Shown: in pieces, positions 1 to 8,077 of the stretch | Layout of the letters: each line of letters opens with the position of its first letter | How positions within the stretch are numbered: the stretch's first letter is position 1 | Source: Firmicutes bacterium UBA3932 | Lineage (GTDB): Bacteria > Bacillota > Clostridia > Peptostreptococcales > Anaerovoracaceae | Direction: 5' to 3' | Length of the DNA: 51,703 bases | Assembly: GCA_002385825.1 (NCBI GenBank) | Contig: DGEG01000105.1 | Location: 596 to 52,298, forward strand | The notes under the pieces: model-generated | What the model was told of the DNA's origin: nothing | What the model saw: the letters and a program-made list of their open reading frames with translations, nothing else | Databases searched by the model: none | Made by a program: the position numbers and the translations under genes

Positions 1-2
1 TG

Positions 3-1379
3 AAGAAGAAAAATTCCTATTCTGAAATAACTCCTGATATTATTAAACTGACAGAATTGTGTAAATCAAAGAGCATGATCGATCCCGAACTTTACGGGAA
101 ATATGATGTAAAACGAGGGCTTCGCGATATCAACGGAAAGGGTGTACTGACAGGGCTTACGGAGATTTCGGAAATTCAATCGTTTATCAGGGAAGGAGAT
201 CAACTGATACCTACGGAAGGAAAGCTTTTCTACAGGGGGATAGATGTAGAGCAGATAATCGCCGGCATCATGAAAGAAAAGCGGTTCGGATTTGAAGAGG
301 TGACCTACCTGTTGCTGTTCGGCGAACTTCCGACGAAGGATGAGCTGGACAGGTTTATCGAAATCCTTGCCGGTTATCGAACCCTGCCTACAAACTTCGT
401 CAGGGACGTCATCATGAAGGCTCCTACCCGGGACATGATGAATTCCCTGTGTCGCAGCATTCTCACGTTATTTGCCTATGATGACAACGCCAACGATATT
501 TCCTTGTCGAACGTTATGCGGCAGTGCCTGCAGCTGATCGCCAATTTCCCCGTGCTTTCGGTATACGGGTATCAGGCCTACAGCCATTACATCTGTGGCA
601 ACAGCCTGGTTATCCATCCGCCGAAGCCGGAACTCTCTACGGCGGAAAATATCCTGCACATGCTCCGGCCGGATAGCAAATATACGGAAATGGAGGCCCA
701 TATTCTGGATGTGGCACTGATTCTTCACGCAGAACACGGCGGCGGAAACAACTCCACCTTTACAACCCATGTAGTCACTTCCAGCGGATCCGACACATAC
801 TCTACCATCGCTGCCGCCTTGAGTTCGCTTAAGGGACCCAAGCACGGAGGAGCGAATATCAAGGTTATAGAGATGTTTGAGGACATGAAGAAGACGATCC
901 GCGACTGGAGTGATGAAGAGGAAGTACGAAAATATCTTTCCGATTTACTAAACAAAAAGGCCTTCGATAAGGCAGGTCTGATTTACGGTATGGGACATGC
1001 GGTATACTCCCTGTCAGATCCGAGGGCAAACATTCTCAAGTCTTTAGTGGAGGAATTGTCTGTAGAAAAGGGAATGGAAGAAGAATTCCAACTCTATTCA
1101 CTGGTTGAGAGACTGGCTCCTGAAGTGATTGCCGAAGAACGGAGAATATATAAGGGTGTCAGCGCCAATGTGGATTTTTACAGCGGATTTGTTTATCACA
1201 TGCTGGATCTGCCTCTGGAACTCTTCACGCCCATTTTCGCCATCGCCAGAATTTCGGGATGGAGCGCTCACCGGGTGGAAGAGCTGATCAACGGAGGCAA
1301 GATCATACGTCCCGCATATGTGAGCGTGGCAAAACGCAGAGATTATGTCCCGTTGTCCGAAAGAAAGCGAAATATGTAA
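3..1379 (+). CDS. Citrate synthase family enzyme, 5' end cut by the window edge
   Basis: The frame is open from nt 3 (KKKNSYSEITPDIIKLTEL...), upstream of the tracked TTG at 57. Family hallmarks are present: LILHAEHGGGNNSTF, GPKHGGAN, GMGHAVY, NVDFYSG. Confidence 0.9.
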   Translation, partial: KKKNSYSEITPDIIKLTELCKSKSMIDPELYGKYDVKRGLRDINGKGVLTGLTEISEIQSFIREGDQLIPTEGKLFYRGIDVEQIIAGIMKEKRFGFEEVTYLLLFGELPTKDELDRFIEILAGYRTLPTNFVRDVIMKAPTRDMMNSLCRSILTLFAYDDNANDISLSNVMRQCLQLIANFPVLSVYGYQAYSHYICGNSLVIHPPKPELSTAENILHMLRPDSKYTEMEAHILDVALILHAEHGGGNNSTFTTHVVTSSGSDTYSTIAAALSSLKGPKHGGANIKVIEMFEDMKKTIRDWSDEEEVRKYLSDLLNKKAFDKAGLIYGMGHAVYSLSDPRANILKSLVEELSVEKGMEEEFQLYSLVERLAPEVIAEERRIYKGVSANVDFYSGFVYHMLDLPLELFTPIFAIARISGWSAHRVEELINGGKIIRPAYVSVAKRRDYVPLSERKRNM

Positions 1380-1434
1380 ACCCCTTATTGAGACTCAGTA
1401 AATATAATTTGATCGTTAGGCGACAAGGTGAGAT

Positions 1435-2487
1435 TTATTGATTCGGAATGATGAACCACGGGTGGTGGGGAGGTTTTTGAACCCAGCTTACCTGAGAGGG
1501 TTCGTAGGCAAAAATGTAGTAGATTCCGTTATAGATCACTTTGTCGCCTTTTCTTATGGGGCCTCCGCCGTCCCGTTGATTCAACCAGGAATTGAAACTC
1601 TCCACAGACATGTTATTATACGGAGGGACTCCTTCCCAACCGGTGATATCCCTGGAAGGACCCGGGTTGATCTGTAAAATGTGTGGATACTGGGAGGGAT
1701 GGGTTCCCAGGGTAATCCAAGTGTTGTACATTACCACATAATAGGTGGTTCCTTCGTATACAAAAGTCGAACCTCCGGACATGATTGCGCCGCCGCTGCC
1801 TGGGGCACTTTCTTCTTCAGGCCATTTATCCGTTACAGGGATACCGGGAGACCCGTTGCCTCCCGTGCCGGGAATGTATCCCTCGGGACCGGTGCCGCCG
1901 TAATAACGTCGGATTATTTCATGTTCATACTCAAAAGACAGGGAGATGCCTTTTTCCAGGATGCCGGTGAAAGTCGATGCTTGGGGGCTCTTTCCCGTAG
2001 AAGTGGCGGTTATGGTGATTCTGTCCGTATAATCGCAGGCTCCTGTACTTTCGTCAATTTCGGAGAAACTCAGCTCATGTTCTACGGAGTAAACGATTTT
2101 GATGGGAGCGTTCTTATATGCTGAACTGCTTTCTGAAATCCCCCCATTCATGATAAAGCCGTCTTCAAAGCTTCCGTAACCATAATAGATCTCGTCTTCT
2201 AAAGTGATCACATGATACAGATCTGAGTACTTAGTTGTAATCTGTCTGCTGAGTTCATTCATGGCGCTTTGAACCGTTCCCTCAACGGAGGATTTTATGA
2301 ATTCAATACCGGATTTTGCGCTCAGATAAGCTTCCCGGGATTTTATGCCTGAATCGGCGGAGACAATGCTGGATTGAGCAATGGTGTATAGCGCTGCAAC
2401 CATGACAGCCAGTCCGGTTACAATGATGATTACCAGTGCGAGGGCAGAACCTTTTTTATTGTTGTGAAACTTTCGCTCTAAAAGCAT
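1435..2487 (-). CDS. Large GspK/PilX-like minor pilin (350 aa) with a Gly/Pro linker and C-terminal CBM5/12-like repeats
   Basis: The N-terminus is KKG|SALALVIIIVTGLAVMVAAL, a pilin-type hydrophobic helix without Glu at +5. AAGGAG lies 6 nt upstream of the ATG. It is the last gene of the 3-gene minus-strand minor-pilin operon. Confidence 0.75.
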   Translation of the reverse strand: MLLERKFHNNKKGSALALVIIIVTGLAVMVAALYTIAQSSIVSADSGIKSREAYLSAKSGIEFIKSSVEGTVQSAMNELSRQITTKYSDLYHVITLEDEIYYGYGSFEDGFIMNGGISESSSAYKNAPIKIVYSVEHELSFSEIDESTGACDYTDRITITATSTGKSPQASTFTGILEKGISLSFEYEHEIIRRYYGGTGPEGYIPGTGGNGSPGIPVTDKWPEEESAPGSGGAIMSGGSTFVYEGTTYYVVMYNTWITLGTHPSQYPHILQINPGPSRDITGWEGVPPYNNMSVESFNSWLNQRDGGGPIRKGDKVIYNGIYYIFAYEPSQVSWVQKPPHHPWFIIPNQ

Positions 2488-2532
2488 AAAGGTCTCCTTT
2501 CAAGAAGATGCTGCGGGTTGCCGGGATATACA

Positions 2533-3132
2533 TCAAAGGCCATGGGTCACGTGAAAATATAAGTTATAATCCAGTTCTCTCATTGCAGGATAAGTCCCGG
2601 CTTCGGCGTAATTAAGGACAATTCCTCCTTCAATGAAATAGGAACCGTCCTCCTGTTGTGCCAGTTTGTATTCCATCAGAACTTTGTCTCCCGCTGTGGT
2701 AAAGCCTACGAGAACATCGCTTACATCGTCCAGGGCATCATATTCGATCATCATGGGCGCGGAATTTCCCGCGGTGTAATAGGATACGCAGAAGCTTTCA
2801 CGTTTCTCATTATAAAAGAAACGAAAATATTCACTTTCCGTTTTACCCTCAGGCAAGGCGTTAAAAAAATCTCCCTCAGAACTTGAAGTAGTTGTGGTGA
2901 ACACAAGGGAAGGCGCCACGGAAGCCGCATTTTGAAACATGGTTTCAAAGGAGCGGGCCTGACTGTAAATGCGGGAAACCTCTGCTGTATCGTCAAAAAT
3001 TTTCCCGCCCACAAACCACATGGAAACCGCAGCGGAAACAATAACCGCAGTGAAAAGTACGCTGACGATGAGTTCGGGGAGGGTAATTCCCTTTTTTGAT
3101 TTTCGATTTAACCGGTTGTTTATGTATCTCAT
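2533..3132 (-). CDS. Minor pilin with prepilin-type N-terminal cleavage/methylation domain (199 aa)
   Basis: KSKKG|ITLPELIVSVLFTAVIV has Glu at +5 followed by a hydrophobic helix. No clear SD, so the start is less certain. Confidence 0.7.
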   Translation of the reverse strand: MRYINNRLNRKSKKGITLPELIVSVLFTAVIVSAAVSMWFVGGKIFDDTAEVSRIYSQARSFETMFQNAASVAPSLVFTTTTSSSEGDFFNALPEGKTESEYFRFFYNEKRESFCVSYYTAGNSAPMMIEYDALDDVSDVLVGFTTAGDKVLMEYKLAQQEDGSYFIEGGIVLNYAEAGTYPAMRELDYNLYFHVTHGL

Positions 3133-3159
3133 TTTGTTTTATACGATGTTTATATTTCA

Positions 3160-3585
3160 TCAATATTCATGTTGGTTTATATCGCCGTGGAAGGCAACGC
3201 ATACCATTTCCACGCTGTCCCTGCCCTTTGCCGTATCGAAAAATAAGGCAATGGTGATACGGCACAGGTCGGAACCGTTGAAATTCTCCTCCGCAATGAA
3301 CTGGATCCGATCTTCTTCTGTAATGAAAGATTCTCCCGGGTTTATGCGAAGGTAATTCATATCTTCTGCAATGTCATAAATGCTTTGGGAATCATTGATG
3401 CGGGCAATGATAATATCTGCTGCCTGTTGTACCTGGGCGGCATGAGCATCTTTTGCGCTGTTGGTCAATACCATCTTCTGTGAAAAGCCTAATCCCGCCA
3501 GAATTCCCGTGGTGACGAGAGCCAGTATTATTATTGCCGCAAGGACTTCTACCAGCGTAAATCCTTTTTTGCTTTGCGGTGTCAA
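3160..3585 (-). CDS. Minor pilin (PilV-like), prepilin-type N-terminus (141 aa)
   Basis: The TTG start is preceded by GGGAGG (7-nt spacing). SKKG|FTLVEVLAAIIILALV has Glu at +5. Confidence 0.8.
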   Translation of the reverse strand: MTPQSKKGFTLVEVLAAIIILALVTTGILAGLGFSQKMVLTNSAKDAHAAQVQQAADIIIARINDSQSIYDIAEDMNYLRINPGESFITEEDRIQFIAEENFNGSDLCRITIALFFDTAKGRDSVEMVCVAFHGDINQHEY

Positions 3586-3730
3586 TGTACGGCCTCCCTG
3601 TATTTTTTGTCGTTTTTTGTAAAGCCATTATATACTATTACCTTATAAATAAAAAGTAAACTTATATATAAGTTGGGAAAAAAGACTTGCTCCGTGATGT
3701 AGTGTCGAAATACAAAAAAATTGAAAAAAA

Positions 3731-3758
3731 TTGACATAAAAGTCGCCTCGGGTATAAT
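3731..3758 (+). promoter_or_regulatory. Sigma-A type promoter for the pilin operon leader
   Basis: Perfect TTGACA (3731-3736), 16-nt spacer, perfect TATAAT (3753-3758). Confidence 0.75.
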
Positions 3759-3763
3759 GAAAT

Positions 3764-3847
3764 GCAAGTAAAGGCAAACCCTGTGAAAGCAGGGGACGCA
3801 AAACTACAGGGCCTAAACCGGCATTTCCGGAATGGCAGCCAGTTGCC
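3764..3847 (+). promoter_or_regulatory. c-di-GMP-I (GEMM-I) riboswitch aptamer
   Basis: Conserved blocks occur in the same order as in the V. cholerae Vc2 aptamer: GGCAAACC (3773-3780), a GAAA-capped hairpin (3779-3794), GGACGCAAA (3794-3802), GCCUAAACC (3811-3819), hairpin CCGG-cauuu-CCGG (3818-3830), AAUGG, and GGCAGCCAGUUGCC (3834-3847). Confidence 0.8.
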
Positions 3848-3871
3848 GCAATCAAAAGTTGCGGCTTTTTT
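3845..3871 (+). terminator. Intrinsic terminator (riboswitch expression platform)
   Basis: 7-bp stem GCCGCAA/TTGCGGC with a 7-nt loop, followed by TTTTTT (3866-3871). Its 5' arm overlaps the 3' end of the aptamer. Confidence 0.7.
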
Positions 3872-3929
3872 ATTAAAAGCAGCGATATGTACTATAAGTT
3901 GCAAATAGTTACATAGCAAGGAGGAAGAA

Positions 3930-4289
3930 ATGAAGGGACGAAGAAAAAAAGGATTCACACTCATCGAACTCATCGTGGTTGTTGCAGTTTTAGCTCTTTT
4001 GGCAGTCGTGGCAGTTCCCATGGTTGCCAGCTGGGTTGATGATGCAAAGAATGCAGAGGCCGCAGCCAATGCCCGGACCATAGAACTGGCAATGAGGGCA
4101 TACATGGCAAAAGAGGGGCTTGAAAACATTGCCAATGAAACAGTAATGGAGACTGCATTAGGAGAATACGGCCTCCCGAAAGATAAGATTGAAGACAGCA
4201 GTGCTGACTTTCAAGTTAAAAAAGACGGTTCTGTGACAATAATAACAGAGAATGGCGACGGTGACATTACATTCACAGATGCAGATTGA
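3930..4289 (+). CDS. pilA: Type IV major pilin (119-aa precursor)
   Basis: AGGAGG SD upstream. RRKKG|FTLIELIVVVAVLALLAVVAV is a canonical class III signal with Glu+5. It is the first gene after the riboswitch and is followed by a strong terminator. Confidence 0.9.
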   Translation: MKGRRKKGFTLIELIVVVAVLALLAVVAVPMVASWVDDAKNAEAAANARTIELAMRAYMAKEGLENIANETVMETALGEYGLPKDKIEDSSADFQVKKDGSVTIITENGDGDITFTDAD

Positions 4290-4307
4290 TGTCTACCGCT
4301 TGGCCCT

Positions 4308-4339
4308 GCTAAAAAGCCCGAGAGATCGGGCTTTTTAGC
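4308..4339. terminator. Intrinsic terminator downstream of the major pilin gene
   Basis: GC core GCCCGA/TCGGGC with a GAGA loop, extended by an A5/T5 pairing and GCT/AGC. It is symmetric, with A-tract and T-tract flanks. Confidence 0.8.
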
Positions 4340-4430
4340 AAATGAATCCGTTAGATCTGTGAACATTGCCATGTCAAGATGTCATTGCAATTTTTCGAAA
4401 TAGATTATCCTGTTAATCAAGGAAAGAATC

Positions 4431-4907
4431 ATGGATCAATATCCTCGTACAAAGGGTAATAATAAATCGGGCTTTACTTTAATTGAGGTGGCGCTGGCGG
4501 TGGTCATCATCGCTATATTGGCAGCCATTGCCGTACCGTCTGTTTCCGGCGTGCTGAATAACGCAAACCAGTCTGTCGACAACGCGAGAGCCGGCCTTTA
4601 TGAAAACGCGCTGAAGATATACGTCTCTCAGAAGGCTCAGGTGCGGGAATACGTTTACATTGCCGAAACTCCCGGAAGTCAAAACCTTGTTGCAAATTCT
4701 ATTGCATATGTATTGGATGAAGAAGTGCTATTCGAGACGCAAACGAGGAATTGGGTTTTCTACTATCATCCCAATACGCTTCAGGTAGTAGCCATAGAAT
4801 ACGACGGCGTTCAAAGGGGAAATGGCATGATCGCCCTTATTAAAGGCGAAGACGGGACTCCCGAACTTGGAAGTCCTGATGGTCCCTTGCTTGAAGCGAT
4901 CCCTTAG
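4431..4907 (+). CDS. Second type IV pilin / pilin-like protein (158 aa)
   Basis: NNKSG|FTLIEVALAVVIIAILAAIAV with Glu+5. AAGGAAAG SD. Confidence 0.85.
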   Translation: MDQYPRTKGNNKSGFTLIEVALAVVIIAILAAIAVPSVSGVLNNANQSVDNARAGLYENALKIYVSQKAQVREYVYIAETPGSQNLVANSIAYVLDEEVLFETQTRNWVFYYHPNTLQVVAIEYDGVQRGNGMIALIKGEDGTPELGSPDGPLLEAIP

Positions 4908-5054
4908 TACCCCTATGTTCTTCCGCAGTTATGTAGACTACGGAGTCCTGTTTTGATACAATTATAGAACTAATTATGAAATAGCATCAATTTAATCCAT
5001 GGGTCTATATTGCTATATATAATATCACTACAAATTAGCTAAGAAGGGTGCTTT

Positions 5055-6662
5055 ATGAAACTTCTTTCAGTCCAGATCGAAAAAAACTCGCTCCGGCTGG
5101 CTCAAATAAACGTGAAAGACAATCAATGCCTTGTCGGTAAAATAAGGGGATTTGATTTGCCTGAAAACCTGGAAGACGGGCGTTACGTTAAAGATCCGCA
5201 GGGGTTATCGGATTTCATTATTTCATCCATTGAGAAGGGACAGTTTTCTTTTAGGAAGGCTGCACTATTACTGGGGAACTCTTTAATCATACATAAAGAG
5301 TATACCCATGAAGCTTTAAAGAAGTCTCACCTCCTTGCGCTGTCCAATTTAGAAGCAGAGACGATTTTGCCCGATGATGAAGGGGGATTCATCGTTGAAA
5401 ATCTATGGTACGGTTCGGAGAAGAACAAACAAGGGCTTCAAACCAGCTCTATTTTCGCATGTTCCAACGCCTTCATTGCGGATCTTGTTAAAGCTTTGAA
5501 AAAAGGCGGTATCAAAGTTGTCGGGGCCTATTCTTCTCTCGGCGCTTATTCCCAACTAATGAAAAGGCTTATCAGCAGGGAAATTTCAGGGGATCGCTTT
5601 GCCGGCAAGACCGTAGTCGCTCTCGATATATCTTATCCGGAACTTAGATTAGCCATCTATCATAACGGACAACTGATCCATCAGAGAACGGACGAACAGC
5701 TCATGGAGGAATTTTACCGCACAGTTGCGTCCGCCTACCGGATCCCTTTGAATGCAGTGGGTAGGCTTCTGTTGGAAAAGGGGCTGTTGAAAAAGGCAGA
5801 AGGCGAGAAGGCCGATTTACAGGCGCCTGATAAGACTGTTGAAGCTGCGGCGACGGCGTTTTCTCGACTTATGCGGTCCATAAACATAATCCTTAACGCA
5901 GAAGAATTGGACATAGATTATCTTTTGGTTACGGGAGAAGGTGCCTTAATTCCCGGACTTCTTGATTTTGTCGGCGAGAATTACGAAATCACAGCGGAAA
6001 GAGTGGATAAATTATATCCTCAGTTTTCCAAGGCTATTGTCTTGGAAGAAGAACTTGCCGGCAGGACGGATCTTTATCCAATTTCTTTATTGCTTGGTGC
6101 CGCAGGCCAAAAAAGTGTAATAAAATCCATTGATTTTCTGACCTACGGCCTTAAACAAAGAAAGAGAAAGAACAGAACATATTTAGTATGCGGGCTGATA
6201 CTATTGCTGACACTCATGGTAATGGCTATGCAGCCTATAAATTATTTGATTGTGTTGAAGGATAGAGATAAGAATATAGCCATTATGGAAAGTCCCGAAT
6301 ATGTGGCGGTGCAAAAGTTAATAGAGGAACAGCGCCAACTGAGGCATCAGCTAAGTGAAGCGAAGGCAAAAAAGTCAAAATTATCTTTTGGAGAATCGGA
6401 TTTGTCTGAGTATTTGAAGATATTGCAATCGGAGCTGTTTGCCAGCACCGAAATCAGCACTCTTCAGTATGACCATGAAACCAGAAAGTTTTCCGGTGAA
6501 GTTGTCACAAATGACCTCAATGAATTTATCGATGCAAAGAACAGGCTCAATAATTATGAGAGTCTCAAAGTATCGATCCCTCTCACATTGTACCGGGGGG
6601 ATAACAACTGGTTCTGCCGGTTTGAAATAGAAGCGCTGGATGCGGAAGAGGAGGAGAAGTAA
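5055..6662 (+). CDS. PilM-PilN fusion protein (T4P assembly, 535 aa)
   Basis: The N-terminal ~370 aa form a soluble actin-like/PilM-type region. A single TM helix (YLVCGLILLLTLMVMAM) is followed by a coiled-coil/PilN-like C-terminal region. It sits between the pilins and pilO. Confidence 0.7.
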   Translation: MKLLSVQIEKNSLRLAQINVKDNQCLVGKIRGFDLPENLEDGRYVKDPQGLSDFIISSIEKGQFSFRKAALLLGNSLIIHKEYTHEALKKSHLLALSNLEAETILPDDEGGFIVENLWYGSEKNKQGLQTSSIFACSNAFIADLVKALKKGGIKVVGAYSSLGAYSQLMKRLISREISGDRFAGKTVVALDISYPELRLAIYHNGQLIHQRTDEQLMEEFYRTVASAYRIPLNAVGRLLLEKGLLKKAEGEKADLQAPDKTVEAAATAFSRLMRSINIILNAEELDIDYLLVTGEGALIPGLLDFVGENYEITAERVDKLYPQFSKAIVLEEELAGRTDLYPISLLLGAAGQKSVIKSIDFLTYGLKQRKRKNRTYLVCGLILLLTLMVMAMQPINYLIVLKDRDKNIAIMESPEYVAVQKLIEEQRQLRHQLSEAKAKKSKLSFGESDLSEYLKILQSELFASTEISTLQYDHETRKFSGEVVTNDLNEFIDAKNRLNNYESLKVSIPLTLYRGDNNWFCRFEIEALDAEEEEK

Positions 6663-7286
6663 ATGAAATCAACTAAAATAGTTACACCTGTACTCCTGTT
6701 CCTCATGATCATCCTGCTGGCAATGGTGGTCTACATTAATTTTGTTTTCAAACCGCTCTCTGCCAAGACAGAAGAGGTGAGCATGGAGAGGGATCTTCTC
6801 AAGGTTCATCGCACGGAAATAGAGTTGGCCATGCTGGATATCGATGGCATTCGGCGTGACATTAGCCAGGTTAAAGCACTGTTAAATGAAGATTCGGAGT
6901 TTACGTTTATAGACGGATCTACATTGGCGGACGATGTGTATGCTATGGCAGAAGACGCGGGTATCATACCGGATTTCGTCAACGTTACGGGACCGGACTT
7001 TGCAGATGCTTCCGAACCAGGAGAAACAGTGTTGCTTTATGCCACTGGGAACCTGGGTTTTAAGTCGAGCTATGATGGGGCGGTTAGATTTGTTGAAAAT
7101 ATCGACAACAGCGTTACCGGAGCTTATAAGATACACCGGCTCAATGTGACCCGGAACAGTGACGGAGCATTGCAGTGGAATATGGAGCTGTACCTTTATT
7201 ACTATGGCAGCCCGGAAGATGTGTCGCCTGCACCTATAGAGAGTCAGGAGCAAAGCGGCGGGAGCGCATTACCGATAGGATTGTGA
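6663..7286 (+). CDS. pilO: PilO-like T4P assembly protein (207 aa)
   Basis: N-terminal TM anchor (VTPVLLFLMIILLAMVVYINFVF), then coiled coil, then a globular domain. The start codon directly abuts the pilMN stop codon (TAAATG). Confidence 0.65.
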   Translation: MKSTKIVTPVLLFLMIILLAMVVYINFVFKPLSAKTEEVSMERDLLKVHRTEIELAMLDIDGIRRDISQVKALLNEDSEFTFIDGSTLADDVYAMAEDAGIIPDFVNVTGPDFADASEPGETVLLYATGNLGFKSSYDGAVRFVENIDNSVTGAYKIHRLNVTRNSDGALQWNMELYLYYYGSPEDVSPAPIESQEQSGGSALPIGL

Positions 7287-7295
7287 AAGAGGATT

Positions 7296-8021
7296 ATGAC
7301 CATGTCCATGGAAGCAGTGATTATCATTGTCAGACTGACTGCTTACGCGGCTGCAGGATTAACGGCAGGTTTTTCCGCCGTATATGTAATCAACCACGTA
7401 CCTGCCAAATGGTTCTGCGATTACGATGAGGAACCTACCGATGAGATGTGGGGCAAAAGGATAAAAGAATATCCATGGAACCTTGTTTTTTCCTTTTTCT
7501 TTATCGGTGCGTTGTTTTTAATATGGGAAACCGAACTGATTTACCAGGTGGCGGCGGTGCCGGCCCTTTGGCTGTTGCTTCTCATTGGTATTTCCGATAA
7601 GAAGTTCATGATCATACCGGATCAGTTTGTAATCGGTATAGCAATTGTATCCATAGGATTTGTACCATATCAACCTAATATACTGTCACCTCTGTTAGGG
7701 GCATTGATGGGCGGAGGAAGCTTGCTTGCCATCGGCTTAATCGCCAGCAGAATCTTAAAACGAGATGCTATGGGCTTCGGCGATATCAAACTGATGGCGG
7801 CTATCGGATTGATGGCCGGTTTAAAGGGCATTCTCATCATAATGATACTCACCCTGTTATCCAGTGGTGGCATTCTGGGCATTATGTGTCTTCTCGGTAA
7901 GGTTAAGAGGAATGAGGAACAGCCGCTGGGACCCTTTATTGCGGCGGCTGCGGCGGGATTTATCCTGTTTCGTCCGTGGTTGTTGATGGCTGTAGATTGG
8001 TACATGGGACTGTACTCATAA
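7296..8021 (+). CDS. pilD: Prepilin peptidase (A24 family)
   Basis: Polytopic membrane protein with both aspartyl motifs: ISDKKFMIIPD and GFGDIKLMAAIG. In-frame ATGs at 7302 and 7308 are better spaced from the AAGAGGA SD, so the start is uncertain by 2-4 codons. Confidence 0.88.
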   Translation: MTMSMEAVIIIVRLTAYAAAGLTAGFSAVYVINHVPAKWFCDYDEEPTDEMWGKRIKEYPWNLVFSFFFIGALFLIWETELIYQVAAVPALWLLLLIGISDKKFMIIPDQFVIGIAIVSIGFVPYQPNILSPLLGALMGGGSLLAIGLIASRILKRDAMGFGDIKLMAAIGLMAGLKGILIIMILTLLSSGGILGIMCLLGKVKRNEEQPLGPFIAAAAAGFILFRPWLLMAVDWYMGLYS

Positions 8022-8077
8022 AAAAAATTGCAAAAGGCATCGGTATTAAATAAAATTTTGAAATCGAGGTAGACTCA

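Noticed and set aside
3662-4135. 157-aa minus-strand ORF spanning the pilA leader and the pilA 5' end.
   Set aside because: It overlaps the promoter, the riboswitch and the pilin coding region. The product is low-complexity Ala/Ser-rich, so it is an antisense shadow of the hydrophobic pilin helix.
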